A stretch of DNA of 64,000 nucleotides from Sulfolobales archaeon HS-7 (GCA_019704295.1 AP024596.1:2048001-2112000), one strand, 5' to 3'. Shown: positions 11,083-21,107, numbered from the stretch's first letter. The notes: generated by a model from the letters alone, not told the origin. Made by a program: numbers and translations.

Positions 11083-11385
11083 CTACCATTTATTTCTTCT
11101 AGATCTTTTTGTCTTAGTTTTAACTGGGTGTGCTGAATTCTTTAACGCTTCATAGTCCTTTATCCTTAATAAAGCCTCTTCAGGTTCAGTTACTCCTTTC
11201 AGCATCTCTGCAAGACCGTTTTCACCTATGTAATTCAGCCAAGAGAGGATATGACCTTCTTTCAAGTGGTATCGAGGTGCTGCAGGACCCTCTTTGGACA
11301 GTCTTTCCACTTCCTTTTCCAACTCTTTCACGTTATACGCAACTCCTGTTACCTTATTATATGAAATAGAACGGCCCCAGATCAC
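11083..11385 (-). CDS. DUF5752-like small protein
   Basis: AYNVKEL..YHLKEGHILSWLNYIGENGLAE motif. Confidence 0.55.
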   Translation of the reverse strand: MIWGRSISYNKVTGVAYNVKELEKEVERLSKEGPAAPRYHLKEGHILSWLNYIGENGLAEMLKGVTEPEEALLRIKDYEALKNSAHPVKTKTKRSRRNKW

Positions 11386-11742
11386 TCACTTCCGTTATTC
11401 TGCTTTTTAAAAACCCTTAGACTGTGGAAAAGAAATGGGGGATAATGTATTCGGAATCGATATAAGACGATTCAGCTTTCTCTTCATAGCGAATAATAAT
11501 AATCTTAGCGTTTGTAGCAAGTTTCGCAAATATAAAAATACCTGAGCAGAACACTTCCGTTCAAGTTGGGACATTGACGCAAAATGAAAATTACACACAA
11601 CCTCAGCTGTTCAAGTATGCATATAACAAAACGATAACATTAGCTCCAGTTCTTTTAGATCTACAGGTGAGGGCAGGATAGTTCGCATATCTTTTTAACT
11701 AAACATCTCAATAGGGAGAGAACGTCATTTTTCCCTAACCTA

Positions 11743-11846
11743 GTGATGAAGGGGGCAAAAAAGCCACGGGCTAAGTTTTTTCCCATTTCCCCCTGACACG
11801 TGATGAAAGACCTCTACGCTGAGGGGAAACGAACATGCCCCCTGAT
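11743..11846 (+). ncRNA. Putative kink-turn / C/D-box-like RNA
   Basis: GTGATGA (11743), CTGA (11793), GTGATGA (11800), CTGA (11819, 11842); stems GGGGGCA/TGCCCCC and TTCCCC/GGGGAA; T-rich tail. Confidence 0.5.
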
Positions 11847-11863
11847 GTTTATTTTCTTCTTAG

Positions 11864-12043
11864 TCATTTATACTTTTCTAAGTCTATGTTGTTCTTCTTA
11901 GCGTATTCCTTCAAACCCAGGTCAAGGATCTCGTCCGCTACATCTGCATACCTCTTCCCCACATCTACAGCTATCCTCTTTATGATCTTAGCGTATTGAG
12001 GGCTTACCCAGAGCTGTTCCTTGTTTGTAGGGTGAGATACCAT
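11864..12043 (-). CDS. 59-aa ribbon-helix-helix-like DNA-binding protein (not in ORF track)
   Basis: MVSHPTNKEQLWVSPQYAKIIKRIAVDVGKRYADVADEILDLGLKEYAKK; TATA-like sequence upstream. Confidence 0.65.
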   Translation of the reverse strand: MVSHPTNKEQLWVSPQYAKIIKRIAVDVGKRYADVADEILDLGLKEYAKKNNIDLEKYK

Positions 12044-12207
12044 TTATATCGTTATTCAAAAATACCTATTTAGATGTTTAAAAGCTTTACTGTTTAGATA
12101 AAGTGTAGAGGTTACTATAAGAACTTTCCATATACTATTTGTAGAGTGATATTAACCAAACTGAAAGAAAATCAGAAATACTTAATATCCCTAAATAGAG
12201 AACTATA

Positions 12208-12283
12208 ATGGGGACGGGTCAAAAGATGAATGGAACGACGGTTGACACATGATAAGCCAGTTACGAGCTAACCCGTCCCTCAT
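12208..12283 (+). ncRNA. Putative C/D-box-like sRNA closed by a GC stem
   Basis: Stem GGGACGGG/CCCGTCCC; AAGATGA-12nt-TTGA-CAC-ATGATA-13nt-CTAA; TATA-like CTTAATA ~25 nt upstream; T-tract downstream. Confidence 0.5.
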
Positions 12284-12333
12284 TTTTATCTTTCTTCTCG
12301 GAGGTAAAAAGCGTTACGTAAACTGGGGAGTTT

Positions 12334-13021
12334 GGGTCGTTCACCCGTTAATTGCAAATTCACTTTATTTTATTAGTTTGAAATTAACTATTTCATTGTG
12401 GATTGGTAATACTAAATAAGGGAAGAGCCGGAAATAATACCATGGAACAACCTGAATTGTCAAATTTCAGCGAATACGGTATTATCTTCCAGCTCGTCCC
12501 GCCTTCTACAGAACGCGTTATTAAACAAATTGGTCGAGGAGATCGAGGGGAAAGCCCCTGAGGAAGCGGAGGATATAATTCCAAAGTACGCTAGGGAAAA
12601 GAAGGTAAAGAGGAAATGGTACTCTAGTTTCCGCTTCCTCAAGGGTTTCGTGCTCTTGATGAAGGGTAGGAGAAAGATCTTCAACATTTTACGTCAGCGC
12701 GAAATTACCTGTCTTTTGCAGGAGGGAAGAGGGTCAAGGCGCGTGAGGAGGAGGAACTGGAGCATGAGAGTGAGGCAGTCCTCACGTTCCTCCTCATACT
12801 CATGCATCGGTGGGAAATTAAACGCTAAGCTTCTAATGCTAACCCTAGACGTTAAGGGTGACTTCAAGTACGTGCATCGTTGACGGGAAATACGTTAAGT
12901 TAACTCATGGGGAGAAGGGAGTGTTCCTCGTCGCGGTAGGGGTAACATCCGAGAGGAGGATAATACTTGACGTAGTGCTAGCTAGGGAAGAGGACAAGAA
13001 GAGGTACTGGGACTTCCTCGT
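12334..13021 (+). mobile_element. IS256-family transposase remnant, frameshifted and truncated by the next IS
   Basis: VDGKYVKL..KGVFLVAVGVT..RIILDVVLAREED..YWDFL fragment. Confidence 0.7.
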
Positions 13022-14290
13022 GACAGTGTCCAATATATAATTAAAGTGAATAACTAGATAAAGTAAAAAGTTATAAAACACGTAAGTCTAGAATTAAATT
13101 CGCTTAATTACTAGTAAAAAAACAATATAAAATCAGTTTGTCAAGTGCACTCACGACTAATCTCGATTTTTCGAGAATCAAGGCTAGGGACGAGCTTCTC
13201 TAGCCGGGTTTTAAGTGGAGATTTTAACGTTTGTTAATGGATCTGAACAGGTGAATATTGTAGGCTAGGCCCAAGAGGTTGGCAAAGACGTTCAATCCCT
13301 TATGCTACTCGCGTAAGGCCTCATGTTCTGAGGAAAGTGTCAAAGAACTCTACACCACCTCTCAGTACACCAAAGCCCCTCTTGACTCTGATCACCTTGC
13401 CCCTCTCCGTAAACCCTCTGTCTACAAGCGTGATCACGTTGCAGACGGGAGACTTAAAGTTGAAACTTTGGCCGGAACTATCTTAACCTTGCAAACCATG
13501 AGGGTCTTAAGGAGAACCCGGCGAAGCACTTCCCTCCGAACCAGGTTCTGCCTCACTTCTTTCCCCAGCTTCCCTTATGTCCCCAAGGGTGTAATTTCTC
13601 GGAAATGAGAGAAAAGAGTTGATCCCTTTTCCTCTCATCGAGCGTCGCAAGTACTTCATGAGGTTTCCTCCTTGGATCAATTTCCCTGAGATCCAGTACA
13701 AGTTTCTGTGCGTTTCCACGCTCTTTTCCCCGTGAGGAGGCTCCACGGGAAAGCTATCAACCTTTGCCTTCCGAACTTCTCCTTCGCTGGGAAGTGGTGG
13801 AAGTTGCTCCTCGTTAACTCGCGACTCTAATCGCCTGAAGACCTTGAGGAGCAGATCCCTTATTCTATCTTCGTATTCGTACGCAAACCAGTTCAAGAGG
13901 ACCTCGAGGGAACCTCTTTAACGCCGAGGAAAACCTTGACCACTTCATTGGTAACCGCTAGCACAATTACTCCCCTATACGACTCTTTGAAAAGCACTCT
14001 CACGATCATCATCTTCAAGTAGACCACGTTAGTACTTGGAGAACTCGTGATCCTTGAACTCCCTTTCAATTACGTCCTCTAACTCACTCAGGATTTCCTC
14101 GCACTCCAAAAGATATTTACTCTTCCAACCCAACTCTTGGGGGATTACGTCGGAATAAATCTGAACCACGGTATAACCTAGGCGTAATCCCCTTAACTAT
14201 TATCCTCCTAGATGAGTTCTTGAGGTTTTATTTTTCCCCAAAAATTTACTTAATAAACTAGATTACATTTATTAGACATTGGACACTATC
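13022..14290 (-). mobile_element. ~1.27-kb DDE IS (IS5-like) with decayed transposase; parent family of the MITEs
   Basis: IRs GACAGTGTCCAAT / ATTGGACACTATC; broken minus-strand transposase fragments (KAKVDSFPVE). Confidence 0.7.
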
Positions 14291-14353
14291 ACGTAAAGAA
14301 GGCCAAACGTTAGCTTCCCCACCGAACGAAAGACCACCGATATATATCTAAAA

Positions 14354-14959
14354 CTAGAACTTTAAATTAAATCTATTTTTTACGTAATTCAGTTTATTTA
14401 TCGGATCATCAACATTTGGTATTGTTATATCTCTGCCGTCTACCGTAAGTATATGCCAGTCCCCAATTTCCTTGTAGACCGGCGAAATTATATTTGCCGT
14501 TATACTAGGTCTATTTGCGACGTTTTCCTGTCTAACATTCATTACAGTTATAGTTTTTACCTGATCCCATGTAACCACTTGTTCTCCTTCTAAATTATTA
14601 GCGATTTTACCAAACTTTTTCCCTACTCCTACTAGCTTAACTATACCGAATGCACTACCTGCAACCAAGCCAATACCGATTGAAGTAGGTATCCAGTCTA
14701 CGGGATAACTAAAACTAGTAGGTAAAGCTAAAGAGACGAGAAATATTCCAAACACAGCAATAAAAGCTAAAACTATTATTCCTATTGCTATTCCCAATGT
14801 AGCAGCAAAACCTCCTACTCTCTTTAATCTGTTCATTCTGTAAATTCCGTCATATGCCGCAGCATAGAGTGGAACGAAAACCCTAGATGACATCATTTGA
14901 TACCTAGTCTGCATCGGGTTGAGGGTGACTATTTCATTGTAATTGAACTTCCTCATCAT
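14354..14959 (-). CDS. hypothetical membrane protein
   Basis: Two hydrophobic helices followed by a soluble domain. Confidence 0.7.
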   Translation of the reverse strand: MMRKFNYNEIVTLNPMQTRYQMMSSRVFVPLYAAAYDGIYRMNRLKRVGGFAATLGIAIGIIVLAFIAVFGIFLVSLALPTSFSYPVDWIPTSIGIGLVAGSAFGIVKLVGVGKKFGKIANNLEGEQVVTWDQVKTITVMNVRQENVANRPSITANIISPVYKEIGDWHILTVDGRDITIPNVDDPINKLNYVKNRFNLKF

Positions 14960-15456
14960 TATCTCTTTATAGTTGAAAACATATAAATGTTGCAGTCGTA
15001 GAAATTAACTAATGCTTCTGTTCTGTATAACGTCATGCAAAGCGGGTGGATACGTAAAAATTAATGAATGCAAAAATACTAGTTTGTATTCACGAGATCT
15101 ATAATAATAATATATATAATACAAGCTGAGAATAGAGAGTCAGAAGTTCTAATGAAAGCTGCAAGGAAAAAAATAACCATTTAAGATTAGCTAAGGCTAT
15201 ATTCGTTACTGACAATGGAAAATTAGTTGCTGTATCAGTCTTGTTTTACCAAAAAATCTCACGGTTGTAAGATATTATTAGGATAACTTGTGTATAAAAA
15301 TATAGGATTAAGTCAACTTAGAAAGCATTACAATATGATACGTTTAGTCAAAATCTACTATATTTTACAAGTTAATGATAATAAATACAAGAAGTTCTGA
15401 ATTTATCTCACGAGGTTAAAGCAAGGTCCATAGTCGACTCCCTAGTCTGAAAATGC

Positions 15457-15680
15457 CTAGAGGAGATTGATGAACTGGTAAAACGCTAGGGGCTTCTCTC
15501 CTGATGCCTTGAAGTTAAACAAGAGGAAGAGGTAAAAGTTCCAGGAAGGGTCAAGTAGCGCGTAGATCAAGTAGAGGTAGAACTTGTCGCAATACTTCCC
15601 CATGAGTTCTATCCTAGCTTTCCTCGTCTTGAACTCTTCCTCTATTTGCCACCTCAACCTGTAGGTCTCGGCCAACTCGT
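15457..15680 (-). pseudogene. IS4/ISH3-family transposase C-terminal fragment
   Basis: YRLRWQIEEEFK (YREK) motif; cut by the MITE at 15681. Confidence 0.7.
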
Positions 15681-16048
15681 GATAGTGCCCAATGTGCAAC
15701 AAATGTTATTTACTATATTAACTAATTATAAGATATAAAAATAATTAAATCTACGTTGTATAATCAGGATGATAGTACGGGGGAATTACGGGAAATTAAA
15801 CCCCATTGCCGACTTCCTAGGCTTAAAAATATTCGGCTATACCCTCTGCTAACTTTTAACTCGTAGAACTGAAAACCTCTTTTTAGCTTTTATTGCTAAG
15901 AAATATATGGTTACTTTTGCTTACTATTAATAAACTTATTTTATATTACTGTCATACTTGTAATTAAGCGAATTTAATTCTAAAGAGACGTGTTTATAAC
16001 TTTTTACTTTATTTAGTTATTCCCTTTAATTACACATTGGACACTGTC
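15681..16048 (-). mobile_element. 368-bp MITE, inverted relative to the 8508 copy
   Basis: GATAGTGCCCAATGTG ... CACATTGGACACTGTC; internal homology to 8508-8868; flanks differ (no TSD). Confidence 0.8.
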
Positions 16049-16532
16049 AAGTGAGAGTGAGAAGCCGAAATCCCTCATTGCATATTTTATGTGTCTGAGC
16101 CTTTCTTCTCTAGTCGCTTTGCTCTTTTGTTCCAGAATTTTATCAAACAGCTTTAGATCCTCCTCAGTAACCACGTAACTATTCGTATTCTGTCTTACAT
16201 AATCTCTTAAGAATCTGTTCAGCATCATAAAAAGCAAAGAACGAAACTGAGGATCCTCAACTGCAGTATTCACTACTTTTAACAAATCGTTTATGTCAGC
16301 CTTCTCTATCTTCTTACCGTATACTATTCTCGCAATTTCGTCAGGGGCTAGAAACTGCAGCACTTTCTCTAGGAACTCTTTCGGGGTCTCCCTCAACCCT
16401 TTCTTATATCGCCACCCTGTAGCTTTTGAAATCCCCCATTTGCTCATAAGTTATCCCTTTCTCTTCAGTAACATATGTAAATAGCTGAATTTTTTGCTCA
16501 TTTGTGAGCTTATCTATATCTATTATTGCCAT
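16049..16532 (-). pseudogene. Truncated pNOB8-type integrase of an older element (frameshift plus MITE truncation)
   Basis: MAIIDIDKLTNEQK...GISKATGWRY...YVVTEEDLKLF aligns with the N-terminus of 44750-46000; extra G in a G-run near 16435; abuts att. Confidence 0.85.
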
Positions 16533-16619
16533 AATATTAATTTCTACCTCTGGTTTAAGATGGTTTCCATTTTTCCTAGATGGTTTCCGACCTAACCCAC
16601 CTCTTTTTCAATTTAATTA

Positions 16620-16670
16620 AAAATTAGTGCCGCGGCCGGGATTTGAACCCGGGCCACAGGCTTGAGAGGC
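16620..16670 (-). repeat. att repeat (3' portion of tRNA-Glu), left boundary
   Basis: 51 bp identical to 46105-46155. Confidence 0.95.
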
Positions 16671-16822
16671 TATAAGCTGTTTTAATTAAACCATGAACAG
16701 AAACGTTTTGTGTTGCACGTTGAAGCAGAAGTAGAATCACGCTATGAGAGAAAAGTAGAATAAAATGATAGCAGGAAATCGGTCACCGTTTCAAAGTGTT
16801 AACCCCCCAGGTAACATGAATA

Positions 16823-17155
16823 TTATATAAATACAATTGCTTGGCCTAGTGTGTATATGCTAATGTAAGCTACAAATAGCAATATTTTAAGCTTAGAATT
16901 AACATCTCTATAAATTTCAGTCAGGGCGTAGGCAGAGATGAATATGGGGATTGCTATATCAAATACCCCATATGCAAACTGTAACGTAGAAGAGAAATTA
17001 TAAAAAATATTATTTATTATTGATAGAGAATTATATATTGTATAATTTATAAAAATATGGCCAATTATTGACATCAAATAGCCAATTATAAAATCAATAA
17101 TCATAAGAAAGATCCCTGATAATATATTGTCTTCATCGTTCATTTTTATCCCCAA
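16823..17155 (-). CDS. small multi-pass membrane protein
   Basis: 110 aa, ~3 hydrophobic helices, very AT-rich. Confidence 0.55.
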   Translation of the reverse strand: MGIKMNDEDNILSGIFLMIIDFIIGYLMSIIGHIFINYTIYNSLSIINNIFYNFSSTLQFAYGVFDIAIPIFISAYALTEIYRDVNSKLKILLFVAYISIYTLGQAIVFI

Positions 17156-17698
17156 CTCATTAAGTATCGTCAGGTAAGAAAAATAATTCGGTTATGAGTA
17201 GGTATGATTAAAAACTTTACTACTATGATTTCTCTGTTAACCCCCAAGTTAACGTCAGTTTCTTTATTATTACTTAGCTAAAGTATAATAATAAAATGTA
17301 TAAATAGTTTATACATTCTAGTGTTCAGACAGTACAGTAGCTAGAATACGTTTCACTACATCATCTAATTTTAAATCCGAAGTATTCAATACTATTTCCT
17401 CTAATCCGCAGTTTTTATGGAAATCTATAAAACATTTTTTATTCTCGTACCAATCATAAATTTCTGGAGTTTTTGCACGGTTATTCATTGTGAAAATATT
17501 CCTTAATAAACCTTGAGTAGGGTTAACAAAGTGTAATACTTAGGTTCTTATCGCAAGAGCTTACGGATGGTAGCAAAGAGGTAAGCCTTGATAATACTAT
17601 GGAAACCTTATACTATTATAGTATACTATAATAGTGACCATCTGATTACTTCGTCTGCTATACATAAGACGTTAAACCCATTCACTCCCCAGTTTACG

Positions 17699-17941
17699 CT
17701 AACTTACTAACTCTTCTCCTGCCCTAAGCCTATAAATTCTGAATTTTTTGCCTCCATATTTCATCCACGACCTTGTAATAATCCCTTCCTGTGCCATCTT
17801 CGTAAGTGTTACAAGAATCAAGTTCTTATTATATCTCGTCTTTTCTTCTAAGTAATCTAAAGTAGCCGAACCCTTTGCCGCAAGTATTGCTATTATAGCT
17901 TCCCTCACGCTTAATTTTCCCCTCATTCTCTTCTTTCTCAT
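17699..17941 (-). CDS. plrA: PlrA plasmid regulatory DNA-binding protein
   Basis: 80-aa basic wHTH, SATLDYLEEKT..KNLILVTLTKM..GII.RSW..GGKKFR. Confidence 0.85.
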   Translation of the reverse strand: MRKKRMRGKLSVREAIIAILAAKGSATLDYLEEKTRYNKNLILVTLTKMAQEGIITRSWMKYGGKKFRIYRLRAGEELVS

Positions 17942-17960
17942 ACGATAAAATTCGCTAAAT

Positions 17961-18044
17961 AGGATTAAAAATAATTAATATCCGTAGGACGTTTCAAAAG
18001 TTAAGTTTCGGTTACTCCTCTTTCAGGATTAATTATAATTAATC
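17961..18044. promoter_or_regulatory. Two GGATTAA-N6-TTAAT sites 64 bp apart upstream of plrA (putative PlrA operators)
   Basis: TTAA-N6-TTAA at 17965 and 18029; pRN1 PlrA (ORF80) binds paired TTAA-spacer-TTAA sites upstream of its own gene. Confidence 0.6.
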
Positions 18045-18180
18045 TTCTTTTCATTATCGCGAGATATAGCCCAAACAAGCAAAATTTTGGGGATCCGGGC
18101 AGGATTAACTATAGAATTGACACAAGCTACCAATATTGAAGGTTTAAATATGTATACAAATGACATACATTCGATAAAAA

Positions 18181-18465
18181 ATGGAGACAAGAAAAAATAC
18201 TAATCAGGATGAACTTTCCTTCGAAGAGAAGGGAGCTATTGATTTGGTTCTTAATGGATATGGCATTAATAGATATCGTATTAAGTCAACGTTAGAAGCC
18301 TATTATAAATTCGCCGAGGACATAAAGAAAATTATCAACAGGGATAGGAATAATCCTAACCTAGATAGAGAGATAAGCGAAATAGCGGAAGAGTACGCGA
18401 TAAAAGATGGATTGAATAAAGACGCTCTGATCAAGATTGCGATGAAGTTTAAAAACAAACATTAG
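18181..18465 (+). CDS. hypothetical protein
   Basis: 94-aa ORF with TATA (TTTAAATA) upstream. Confidence 0.65.
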   Translation: METRKNTNQDELSFEEKGAIDLVLNGYGINRYRIKSTLEAYYKFAEDIKKIINRDRNNPNLDREISEIAEEYAIKDGLNKDALIKIAMKFKNKH

Positions 18466-18538
18466 TTATATAGTTTTTCTCAGTAAATCGGAAGGTATTT
18501 CAAAAATTACTCTACTGATATTAGGGCACTGCACATAG

Positions 18539-19849
18539 TCAGATAATTCGAGTCTGTAGTCTAATCTTATCGTTATCCTCATAATTAATTTCACTATTCT
18601 TTAGAACATCTAGAATTATTTCGATTAAGTCATTTATGTCTTTTTGTAGACTTTGCGACTTGCCATCAGGATCTAATACTCTCTTTATAGAGGGCTCTAA
18701 TGTGTAATATAACTTGTTTTTGAGTTCATCTCTACCTATTTCACCGTTATTCTGGCCTATTATTTCTCTCACTAGATCCACAAAGCCACCTTTTCTACTT
18801 CCTATTACACCTCTCGCTGAAGGTAATATGGGAAGCCCGTAATTTTGCCTTAAAATTCTCAATAACTCTCGAACTATTTCCACTTTATTAGTCCTTTTTA
18901 CTACAAGCTTTCCGTTTTTAACTTCTAAGATATCTGATAATCTGTTCCCTTCTCTGAGTGTATTAACCAGAATATCGGGAGTTTTACTATATCTCAACCA
19001 TACTATCGTGTCCAGATCGAAAATATGAACCCTTATGTAAGAATTTTCTGCCATCTGTTCAACTTCATTTTTATCTATTACTATCGGGTTACCGTTATCA
19101 TCTGTAAGTCTACTGAATACTCCATTACTCCATTCTCGTGAGCTTATTTTATTTTCTATTATATCTCTAGCTCTTTTTATTTGATTAGGCGCTAAATTCA
19201 GATCCTCCTCGAATTTTTGCTCAAGGCTACTTTTCAATTCGCTTTCTATTTTTTTAACATAGAACTTTTTCACTTCTTCTCCGCATTTCTCATAAAGTAT
19301 GAGAAAGTCTCCTATCTCTGGGATTATAATTGCCTTCTCCAGTCGTGTTATATCTTCTATTCTATCAAAGTTACCCGTTATTTTTGCTATGGACGATTTC
19401 GCTAGTATACGTGTAGATTTCAAGTTGACTCCTATAAACAAGTGACATGAACATTCTATATCGTTAATACTGCATCCCCACTGCGTATATAAAAGTAAAG
19501 TTAACTTGTGTTTTAATTCTCTCTTTAGATCAGATATATTTTTATTATATATAATATCGTCTGTATAAATATTATCGTCTATGCGTTTAACGTTTAGCTC
19601 ACCGGCTGGATACTCCTCGGAATTTTCGTCATCATGTTGTTGATTAATGTCACAAAAGCAGTTGATATTTGTTCTAAATAATTGGAGCAACACCGTGTTT
19701 ACATCTTTAGCAGGAAGTCCTACTCTATATACTGTATACCTATAACTGTTCTTTTTGTTGCCCTTTTGTACTATATATACATTCGCCGAATCTCCACGAA
19801 AATTATTTAATACTTGACATAGATAGTTACTACTAAGCTCTTCATCCAT
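18539..19849 (-). CDS. KwaB (DUF4868)-like protein with C-terminal extension
   Basis: Layout resembles KwaB (IIIPEIGDFLI; KFEEDL; VRELLRILRQNY); paired with a KwaA-like gene; GGGGTG RBS. Confidence 0.5.
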   Translation of the reverse strand: MDEELSSNYLCQVLNNFRGDSANVYIVQKGNKKNSYRYTVYRVGLPAKDVNTVLLQLFRTNINCFCDINQQHDDENSEEYPAGELNVKRIDDNIYTDDIIYNKNISDLKRELKHKLTLLLYTQWGCSINDIECSCHLFIGVNLKSTRILAKSSIAKITGNFDRIEDITRLEKAIIIPEIGDFLILYEKCGEEVKKFYVKKIESELKSSLEQKFEEDLNLAPNQIKRARDIIENKISSREWSNGVFSRLTDDNGNPIVIDKNEVEQMAENSYIRVHIFDLDTIVWLRYSKTPDILVNTLREGNRLSDILEVKNGKLVVKRTNKVEIVRELLRILRQNYGLPILPSARGVIGSRKGGFVDLVREIIGQNNGEIGRDELKNKLYYTLEPSIKRVLDPDGKSQSLQKDINDLIEIILDVLKNSEINYEDNDKIRLQTRII

Positions 19850-19902
19850 AATTTTTCACACCCCTTCAATACTTTTTTATTTTAAGAAAATCTAATATTT
19901 AT

Positions 19903-20502
19903 ATGTTAGATAAGTTAGGAAAATTATTGCTTATACTGAATGAGTATGGAATCGCCTTGTTCTATCTGACGTACGTTACATTTAATCATTTGTTGTCCTT
20001 CTATTTGTCATTAATAGTAGCAATTCTGGTATTTCTCGGTCTTTTTATATTCGTCGTAATTTTCGTGTCCAGTATTCTCCCTGCAAGGACTGCTAGCCGA
20101 CTGATATCGGGAAAGATAATAGAAGCTAGAAGGATTCACTATCAGATCATCTCATTTCAAACTAGTAACGTAATCCCTTTTGTATTAGCCTCCTACGATA
20201 ACGTTATAACCTTAATCATTAGCTGGATCATGTTATTTCTCTTTATAGTACTATCATACAACGATGTTTCGATATTAGCATTGAACCCGTATCTTTTGTT
20301 AAGGGAGTATAGCCTTTACCTCATAAAGGTAGAGATACCCCACTCAAATTACAAAGATTATTACGTATTTTCAAGAGATGATCTTGAAACTAGATCGGGT
20401 CTCGAACTGAATACTGCCCATCTTTATGAGATTGATAACAATTTGTATATTGTGATAAATGTAGAAGGTGAAGAAAACAAAAACACTAGTATGAATCCCT
20501 AA
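19903..20502 (+). CDS. KwaA-like 4-TM protein (Kiwa defence)
   Basis: ISFQTSNVIPF...ALNPYLLLREYSLYLIKV...EIDNNLYIV matches the KwaA pattern; 199 aa. Confidence 0.65.
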   Translation: MLDKLGKLLLILNEYGIALFYLTYVTFNHLLSFYLSLIVAILVFLGLFIFVVIFVSSILPARTASRLISGKIIEARRIHYQIISFQTSNVIPFVLASYDNVITLIISWIMLFLFIVLSYNDVSILALNPYLLLREYSLYLIKVEIPHSNYKDYYVFSRDDLETRSGLELNTAHLYEIDNNLYIVINVEGEENKNTSMNP

Positions 20503-20692
20503 AAGGGATTATAGTATTACTTGAGACTACAATTTTGCTCAGTAAACTGGGGAGTTAACACAATTTTTTCTCACGCATATTTTCTTCATTAGATCCCACA
20601 TATGCGCTTTTACTGTTTAGTTAACAGTTTTTCAAAATTCAATGAGAATAATCAGCATACCCTTTTTAATGCTGCTTAATAAACATATGCTT

Positions 20693-20845
20693 ATGAGAAT
20701 TGAAGATAAGGACGAGAAAGGCGAGGGTTACTTAGTTATTGAAAGTAAGGAAGATTTTAAGAAGTTTAAGGAGGACCTACTCAGACTGGCAAGGGAAAAA
20801 GCTAAGGCCCGTAAGCCATCTTATGAGACCCAACCTCCCAAATAA
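20693..20845 (+). CDS. 50-aa putative antitoxin (copy 2)
   Basis: MRIEDKDEKGEGYLVIESKEDFKKFKEDL...KPSYETQPPK. Confidence 0.7.
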   Translation: MRIEDKDEKGEGYLVIESKEDFKKFKEDLLRLAREKAKARKPSYETQPPK

Positions 20846-21107
20846 ACACGATACAGTTTTTTGGATCAGCACTATAAAGTATCCTTATATCACCCGTAAC
20901 CTCTATGGAAAACATGGGATTTCCATACTTATCCTTTCCCAGTTTCTCTCTGGAGTATTTGAAAGGGTTTTCCTGTAATAGTTCTAGTTTCTCTGAAATA
21001 AGCATTATCAGCTTATCATTATACGTATCCGTAGCATACTCTAAAAACTCTCTGTAACTCTTTACCTTCCTCATCATGAACTTCAATTCCCAATCCTTAC
21101 AAACCAC
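20802..21107 (-). CDS. RelE/ParE-superfamily toxin
   Basis: LELLQENPF..REKL..FSIEVTGDIRILYS..IVFIWEVGSH. Confidence 0.75.
   Translation of the reverse strand: MVCKDWELKFMMRKVKSYREFLEYATDTYNDKLIMLISEKLELLQENPFKYSREKLGKDKYGNPMFSIEVTGDIRILYSADPKNCIVFIWEVGSHKMAYGP

Noticed and set aside
16620-16670. Second tRNA-Glu gene
   Set aside because: Only the 3' portion is present; it is the att duplication
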